Below, piece by piece: positions 15,303 through 20,000 of a DNA stretch of 20,000 nucleotides. The stretch is from IMG/VR virus record IMGVR_UViG_3300021085_002396; one strand, written 5' to 3'. Below the pieces are notes generated by a model. The model ran no database searches, was not told the DNA's origin, and was given only the letters and a program-made list of their open reading frames with translations. The stretch is from an uncultured virus (IMG/VR IMGVR_UViG_3300021085_002396) (Duplodnaviria; Heunggongvirae; Uroviricota; Caudoviricetes). Every line of letters starts with the position of its first letter. The first letter of the stretch is position 1. The position numbers were made by a program, and so were the translations under genes.

Positions 15303-16886
15303 TTATAGTGATCCTATAGCTGCTTGAAATTCTGCGTATGAACCTGTAATAAATGTTTTAAGCTTTTCTATACTAATATAGTCTGATGCAATACTTGCTG
15401 ATGTTTGAATTACTGTTGCTGAGCTCGCACTTAATGCTGTTCTTTGTGTATGAGCTGAGCTAGATAAGGCTGTATCTCCTGCTACATATTCACTTCTTAA
15501 TGCAGTTGCTGCTGAACTACTTAACGCACTATCTGCTGCTATATATTCTGTTCTTATTGCAGATGCTTCAGAACCAGAATTAGCTAATTTTATCCAATTA
15601 CCTCCGTGAGCAAAATACCCTAATCCAGTAGCATGTACATGTGCGAACATTCCATGGTAGTCAGCTGCAGTTGGTAGATCTCCTTCTGTAGCATAAACAT
15701 TAGAAAATTGTATCTTTTTACCTGGTAAGTCTACTATTCCTCCTGAATGAGAAACGTTTGATGAAATCACACTGTCTATTGCTGTATCTAATGCTCCTGA
15801 GATTGCTGTTCTTTGTGTATGAGCTGAAGCTGATATTGTAGCAGTTGTTTCTGCACTTTCTAAAGTAACAATTCTAGTATTTAATGAAGAACTCAAAGAA
15901 GTGTCACCAGCTAAAAATTCTGTTCTTAATGCTGATGCATTAGAAGATGAAAATGCTGTATGTGTTGCTGTAGGTAATTTAGTACCTATAGTAGTTGCTA
16001 TAGAAGCTGAAAATGTTGCATCATCTCCTAAAGCTGCTGCTAATTCATTTAACGTATCTAAAGTTCCTGGTGAGCTATCTACTAATGCTGCTACTTTAGC
16101 ATTAATGTAGGTGTTTTGTGATGCACTTAACGCACTATCTGCTGCTATATATTCAGCTCTTAAAGCACTTGCGCTTGAACCACTTAATTCGTTTCTTCTT
16201 ACATCTGCAGAAGTAGATAATGCTGTATTAGCACTTGATGCTAATCCTTTAATTGCTTCTCTCTGTATGTGTGCAGAACCAGATAATACTATATCTTCAG
16301 ATACTCTTTGAGAATGAGCTGAACTACTTAAAGCAGTTATGTTTGCGTCTAAGTGAGTATCTGCTGAAGCTGAAAGTAATGATATTTCAGAATCTAAATG
16401 ACTATCAGTTGAAGCTGATAAAGCACTAATATTGGCATCTAAATGTGCATCTACTGAAGCACTTAATATTGTGTCTAAAGCTACTCTATGAATATGTGCT
16501 GATTGTGAGTTAGCAATAATAGCATCTTCTGCAGCATCTAATGAAGCTGATACGTTAGCATAGTTTCCTAATGCTAAAGAATTATGCATTGTTACTGATC
16601 CTGAAAAGCTATGTGTGTCTGTTGCATCATCCCCGAAAGCTGTAGAACCAGACTTATATAATACGGTAGATTGAGTTAATTCTGTAATAAATGCTCTTGC
16701 TTTTACATCACCGGTAACTGTTAAATCACCTCCAACTGTTTGACTACCGGTAACATGCAAACTACCGCTAAGTTTTATTGACCCTGTGAGTGGAGAACCT
16801 ATTCCATTCTGCACTAATTGACCATCGTCAACTTGCACTAACTTATAGTAAGTGTCTTTTATTGTATTTCCTGTTAAAGTAGCCAT
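15303..16886 (-). CDS. Ser/Ala-rich repetitive fibre-like or virion structural protein
   Basis: Fibre-type motif PGTLDTLNELAAALGDD, a YHGMFAHVH module, and repeats SSSAHTQR and ALRxEYIAADSALS. Confidence 0.7.
   Translation of the reverse strand: MATLTGNTIKDTYYKLVQVDDGQLVQNGIGSPLTGSIKLSGSLHVTGSQTVGGDLTVTGDVKARAFITELTQSTVLYKSGSTAFGDDATDTHSFSGSVTMHNSLALGNYANVSASLDAAEDAIIANSQSAHIHRVALDTILSASVDAHLDANISALSASTDSHLDSEISLLSASADTHLDANITALSSSAHSQRVSEDIVLSGSAHIQREAIKGLASSANTALSTSADVRRNELSGSSASALRAEYIAADSALSASQNTYINAKVAALVDSSPGTLDTLNELAAALGDDATFSASIATTIGTKLPTATHTAFSSSNASALRTEFLAGDTSLSSSLNTRIVTLESAETTATISASAHTQRTAISGALDTAIDSVISSNVSHSGGIVDLPGKKIQFSNVYATEGDLPTAADYHGMFAHVHATGLGYFAHGGNWIKLANSGSEASAIRTEYIAADSALSSSAATALRSEYVAGDTALSSSAHTQRTALSASSATVIQTSASIASDYISIEKLKTFITGSYAEFQAAIGSL
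15435..16154. repeat. Exact intragenic direct repeats in the fibre-like gene
   Basis: 30 bp acttaacgcactatctgctgctatatattc at 15519-15548 and 16125-16154; 24 bp tgctgttctttgtgtatgagctga at 15435-15458 and 15804-15827. Confidence 0.9.
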
Positions 16887-16896
16887 GAATTATGTT

Positions 16897-16908
16897 TATT
16901 TATAAATA
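16897..16908 (-). promoter_or_regulatory. Possible late-type promoter (palindromic TATTTATAAATA)
   Basis: Contains TATAAATA (T4 late consensus) 10 nt upstream of the fibre-like gene start; the AT-rich background weakens the call. Confidence 0.4.
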
Positions 16909-16911
16909 GTA

Positions 16912-17025
16912 CTAGAAATTCTTATAAACAAAAGGGTCTCTCTTTTTAAGTTCCTTTAACCTCTCTTGAAATTCTTTTTCTTTCTTTTCTTTTAAAATCT
17001 TCTCTTTTTTTTCTTTGTCTGTCAT
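16912..17025 (-). CDS. Small Lys/Glu-rich protein (37 aa) not in the ORF track
   Basis: MTDKEKKEKILKEKKEKEFQERLKELKKRDPFVYKNF; ATGA overlap with the carbamoyltransferase stop. Confidence 0.7.
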   Translation of the reverse strand: MTDKEKKEKILKEKKEKEFQERLKELKKRDPFVYKNF

Positions 17026-18689
17026 AATTTCTGTATAAGATGATTATTGATAACTAAAAAATCTATATTAGATTTCATAAATCTTGATATAGCTTGTTCT
17101 GGGGACATTGTTATAGTTTGATCTTTTAAATTAAACGAAGTATTAAGTAGTATAGGAGATCCAGTTAACCTCTTAATTTCATCTAATAATAAATAGTAAC
17201 GTTCGTTTTGTTCTGGTGTTACTGTATGTACCCTTGCTGAATTGTCAATATGAACAGCTGAAGGTATCCTTTTAGTCTTAGCTTGAACTACTATGTTCAT
17301 ATATGGAACTTCTTCTTTTAGATCAAAATATTTACTTGCTTCATCAGCTTTTACAGAAGGAGCAAAAGGTCTAAACCCTTCTCTTTTCTTTATAACATAA
17401 TTTAATTTTTCTCTCATCTTAGGATCTTGAGGAGCTGCTAATATAGACCTATTACCTAATGCTCTTGCTCCAAATTCCATCCTACCTTGAAACCATGCTA
17501 CTATTTTCTGTTTAGAAAGCAACTCAGCAGTTTTTTTAACTATTAAATCATCAGACAGTCTAAACGAAGTTATAAAATCAGGCCATTTTTCTTGAAAGTC
17601 ATTAATAGCCTTGTGTATTTCGATATCTTTATAGTCTGGTCCTAAATACGGATTACTATTATCCTTACGTTCTCCTTTATAGTGGTGTAAACATGCACCT
17701 ATAGCTGATCCTGCATCTGATGGAGAAAAAGGGATATGTACTGAGTCAAAATATTTATAAGCTAAAGCATTTGCTACTCCATTATAGGCACATCCTCCTC
17801 CTAAACATAAATTAGGTGACTTCGACATATTTTTTGCAGTTATCAGCAATTTAGTAAATTGATATTCATACCATTTCTGTAAAGCTGCTGCTAAATCTTT
17901 GTGTTCCTGAGTAACTGGTTCTTCTGGAAATCTAGGAAGTATGCCAAGTGCCTTAAATAAGTTTTTATTAAACATTACTTTATCAGAGTATTCCCAAGAG
18001 AATGGTTTAGTATTTAATCTAAACTGATTAGATGTATTTTCTACTAAACTCATTAACTTACCTAAATATACATCTGGATTACCGTATGGTGCTAATCCCA
18101 TAATTTTATATTCTCCTTCATTAGGTTTAAACCCTAAATACGCAGTAATAGTAGAGTATACTAATCCTAAAGAATTAGGATATTTAATAGATTGCATTTT
18201 CTGTACTTTGCCGTTTCTACTTCTATATACTGCTGTGGTATCCCATTCACCTACTCCGTCGACTGTTAGTATTGCAGGATTTTCATAGGGACTTGTATGT
18301 AGGCTAAAAGCTGCATGAGAAGTATGATGGTCGGTGTATACTATTTCACCTTTAAACCCACCTCTTCTTAAAATAGTTTCAGGATTATATTTTTTATAAT
18401 CTCTTAAATATCTATACCTTAACAATAACGTTTTAAAGAAATGTTTATTAAAAGTAGTAAGTACTCTATCTTTTTTTAATTCAGGATTTTCATACCAACA
18501 GACTTGATCTACTGCTTTAAGAGTTGTTCTAGTATACCTTAAACACCAATTAATAGCATTAAAAGGAAATGAACTGTCATGCTTAATTCCGGTAAATCTT
18601 TCTTCTTCTGCTGCTGCAATAACTTTACCGTCTACTACTAAACAAGCAGCTGAGTCATGGTAAAAAGCAGATATTCCTAACTGTATCAT
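17022..18689 (-). CDS. Carbamoyltransferase, NodU/CmcH/TobZ family
   Basis: HDSAA, EEERF, HHTSHA, DGVGE, GEYKIMGLAPYG, GRMEFGARALGNRS, KREGFRPFAP and NTSFN. Confidence 0.96.
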   Translation of the reverse strand: MIQLGISAFYHDSAACLVVDGKVIAAAEEERFTGIKHDSSFPFNAINWCLRYTRTTLKAVDQVCWYENPELKKDRVLTTFNKHFFKTLLLRYRYLRDYKKYNPETILRRGGFKGEIVYTDHHTSHAAFSLHTSPYENPAILTVDGVGEWDTTAVYRSRNGKVQKMQSIKYPNSLGLVYSTITAYLGFKPNEGEYKIMGLAPYGNPDVYLGKLMSLVENTSNQFRLNTKPFSWEYSDKVMFNKNLFKALGILPRFPEEPVTQEHKDLAAALQKWYEYQFTKLLITAKNMSKSPNLCLGGGCAYNGVANALAYKYFDSVHIPFSPSDAGSAIGACLHHYKGERKDNSNPYLGPDYKDIEIHKAINDFQEKWPDFITSFRLSDDLIVKKTAELLSKQKIVAWFQGRMEFGARALGNRSILAAPQDPKMREKLNYVIKKREGFRPFAPSVKADEASKYFDLKEEVPYMNIVVQAKTKRIPSAVHIDNSARVHTVTPEQNERYYLLLDEIKRLTGSPILLNTSFNLKDQTITMSPEQAISRFMKSNIDFLVINNHLIQKL

Positions 18690-19360
18690 ATTATGTTGTA
18701 TCCTCTTTTAGGTTCCTCTGGGAGTTTTATACTACTGTTAAAGTAATTCTTTGAGATAAATTTGGCAAATTGCCAATGTCCTTTTATACTAAAATGATCA
18801 TCAGCAGTACTACCATTAGATGCTACTCTTGAAGTTTCAAACATTTCGCCTTTTTGAATATTAGCAAAAGAGAGCTTATACGGTAAATGTATGTATTCTA
18901 CTTTTATTGATTTAAAAAATATACCGAAATCAGAGAATATACTAGAAAAGTACTTACCAAAAGGATTTAGTTTCTTATATCTATGGTCGTATATAAAGTT
19001 AAATATACTTTTTATTTCATCTTGATTATTAAAATAATTTTTGTCAAAAGGAACTCCAAATTCAAGTGCATCTACTAATTTACCATTCGTAACAGAAACA
19101 ATTTCATCCTTATATTCATTATAGACCTCTATTCTATCCGGTACAGTTTCTAGTAAAAATACTTTATCACCTTCTTTAATATTCGGCAATGCTTTAATAA
19201 CTTGATTAATTATAAACTGTGGACTTGCTCCTCCTTGAGCATAATTTTTATACTTTAAATCTAATCCTTTAGCAATTAATCTAGGCCAAATACTAGAGGT
19301 TTTATACAAAGTGTGACCACATGTAAAACTATCTCCGAAAAAATGTGCCGTTGATTTCAT
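18686..19360 (-). CDS. SGNH/GDSL hydrolase-like protein
   Basis: FGDSFT, NYAQGGAS and DHFSIKGH. Start reassigned to ATG 19360 (MKSTAH) because the longer ORF overlaps the tRNA. Confidence 0.75.
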   Translation of the reverse strand: MKSTAHFFGDSFTCGHTLYKTSSIWPRLIAKGLDLKYKNYAQGGASPQFIINQVIKALPNIKEGDKVFLLETVPDRIEVYNEYKDEIVSVTNGKLVDALEFGVPFDKNYFNNQDEIKSIFNFIYDHRYKKLNPFGKYFSSIFSDFGIFFKSIKVEYIHLPYKLSFANIQKGEMFETSRVASNGSTADDHFSIKGHWQFAKFISKNYFNSSIKLPEEPKRGYNII

Positions 19361-19376
19361 ATTACTGAAGTGTTTG

Positions 19377-19450
19377 TGGAGAATATCGGAGTCGAACCGA
19401 TGACCTCCTGCGTGCAAGGCAGGCGCTCTAGCCAGCTGAGCTAATCCCCC
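19377..19450 (-). tRNA. tRNA-Ala (anticodon UGC), CCA not encoded
   Basis: GGGGGATTAGCTCAGCTGGCTAGAGCGCCTGCCTTGCACGCAGGAGGTCATCGGTTCGACTCCGATATTCTCCA: cloverleaf, G3-U70 identity pair, TTCGA T-loop, discriminator A followed by CAA. Confidence 0.97.
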
Positions 19451-19456
19451 TACCTA

Positions 19457-19603
19457 CTATATAGAGCGGTTTCTTCTTCTGTTCTCCCACTCTACTCTCT
19501 TTGTCGCTCCCAACATCTTATACTTTTCAATTCTTCTATTAAAATCATTTCGAGTACTATTAGTATGTGGGTTTCCTGTACTTGTGTTATCGTTATTGCT
19601 CAT
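19457..19603 (-). CDS. Small basic hypothetical protein (48 aa) not in the ORF track
   Basis: MSNNDNTSTGNPHTNSTRNDFNRRIEKYKMLGATKRVEWENRRRNRSI; overlaps the queC end by 11 nt and fills the gap to the tRNA. Confidence 0.55.
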   Translation of the reverse strand: MSNNDNTSTGNPHTNSTRNDFNRRIEKYKMLGATKRVEWENRRRNRSI

Positions 19604-20000
19604 GCTCTGCTAATAATTTTTTAACATGTGCTTTCGCAATTGCGTAATCCACAGGTCCAGTTTCGTCTTCATACTGAACGGGATCATCAACACCCAACTC
19701 AATAAACGCTTCAATTCTTTCCACCGATGATGCAGACTTGTAGTCTGAGTTACCGGACGGGTAAGGTTTGTAAGACGTGTTTGTTCTCTTGTATACTTGT
19801 ACAAAATCCAGTTCCAATGCATCTATAAGTAATTGTCCATCTTGTAAAATTCCTAATTTATCTGTATCTAAGTAAGGAGTAAAATACCCTACCTTATCTG
19901 CTTCCCAGTTACCTATTCTAAAGGCAGCATCGTCAGCATCTCTAAACTCTTGTCTACAATCTGGATAAATTGCATGATCACCTGCATGTATTCCTAAAGC
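19593..20000 (-). CDS. queC: 7-cyano-7-deazaguanine synthase, C-terminal part (start outside the window)
   Basis: The frame is open from the window edge: ALGIHAGDHAIYPDCRQEF...TPYL..DK...TNTSY...SASSVERIEAF...DPVQY, including the YPDCR QueC motif. Confidence 0.93.
   Translation of the reverse strand, partial: ALGIHAGDHAIYPDCRQEFRDADDAAFRIGNWEADKVGYFTPYLDTDKLGILQDGQLLIDALELDFVQVYKRTNTSYKPYPSGNSDYKSASSVERIEAFIELGVDDPVQYEDETGPVDYAIAKAHVKKLLAEHEQ

Noticed and set aside
12140..16311. Plus-strand ORFs (12140-12457, 13269-13451, 14948-15130, 15901-16110, 16111-16311)
   Set aside because: All are antisense to confident genes; they are shadow ORFs from codon bias or repeats.
15303..16886. CRISPR array or DGR template/variable repeats
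   Set aside because: The repeats are in-frame coding repeats with no regular spacers, no adenine-specific mismatches and no reverse transcriptase in the window.
13052..19377. Accessory block as an element integrated at tRNA-Ala
   Set aside because: No duplicated tRNA 3' end at the far boundary and no integrase in the window.
19361..19417. N-terminal extension of the SGNH ORF (MHAGGHRFDSDILH)
   Set aside because: It is a translation of the tRNA-Ala sequence; the true start is likely 19360.
19610..19822. 70-aa ORF, and the 74-aa ORF treated as a standalone gene
   Set aside because: The 74-aa ORF is the C-terminus of queC, which is open to the window edge; the 70-aa ORF is an overlapping alternative frame.
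1..20000. Apparent lack of restriction-site avoidance (e.g. GAATTC at 6312 and 7405) as evidence of modified DNA
   Set aside because: Not quantifiable by eye; it needs observed/expected palindrome counts under a Markov model.

Overview
AT-rich, densely packed window with every credible gene on the minus strand. It is most consistent with a large phage of a Bacteroidota (Flavobacteriia-like) host, based on five TWGG-N19-TATMTT promoters, no obvious Shine-Dalgarno motifs and a tRNA-Ala. The core is an apparently complete 7-deazaguanine pathway (folE, queD, queE with an adjacent ferredoxin, partial queC, queF). It is joined by a TGT-fold DpdA-like protein, a PurN-like formyltransferase (DpdN-like), a P-loop nucleotide kinase, a MazG-like NTP pyrophosphatase, a purine phosphoribosyltransferase, nucleases and an unusual family A DNA polymerase. 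Together these suggest pre-replicative replacement of G by a preQ1 derivative, probably formyl-preQ1. The most striking unannotated signal is two 28-nt preQ1-I riboswitch-like pseudoknots with compensatory base changes. Each lies between a promoter and a start codon, upstream of folE and of the queD-queE operon. An accessory block (SGNH protein, carbamoyltransferase, fibre-like protein, S8 protease, GT2) separates queC from the rest of the pathway. All calls come from motif reading only; no searches were run.
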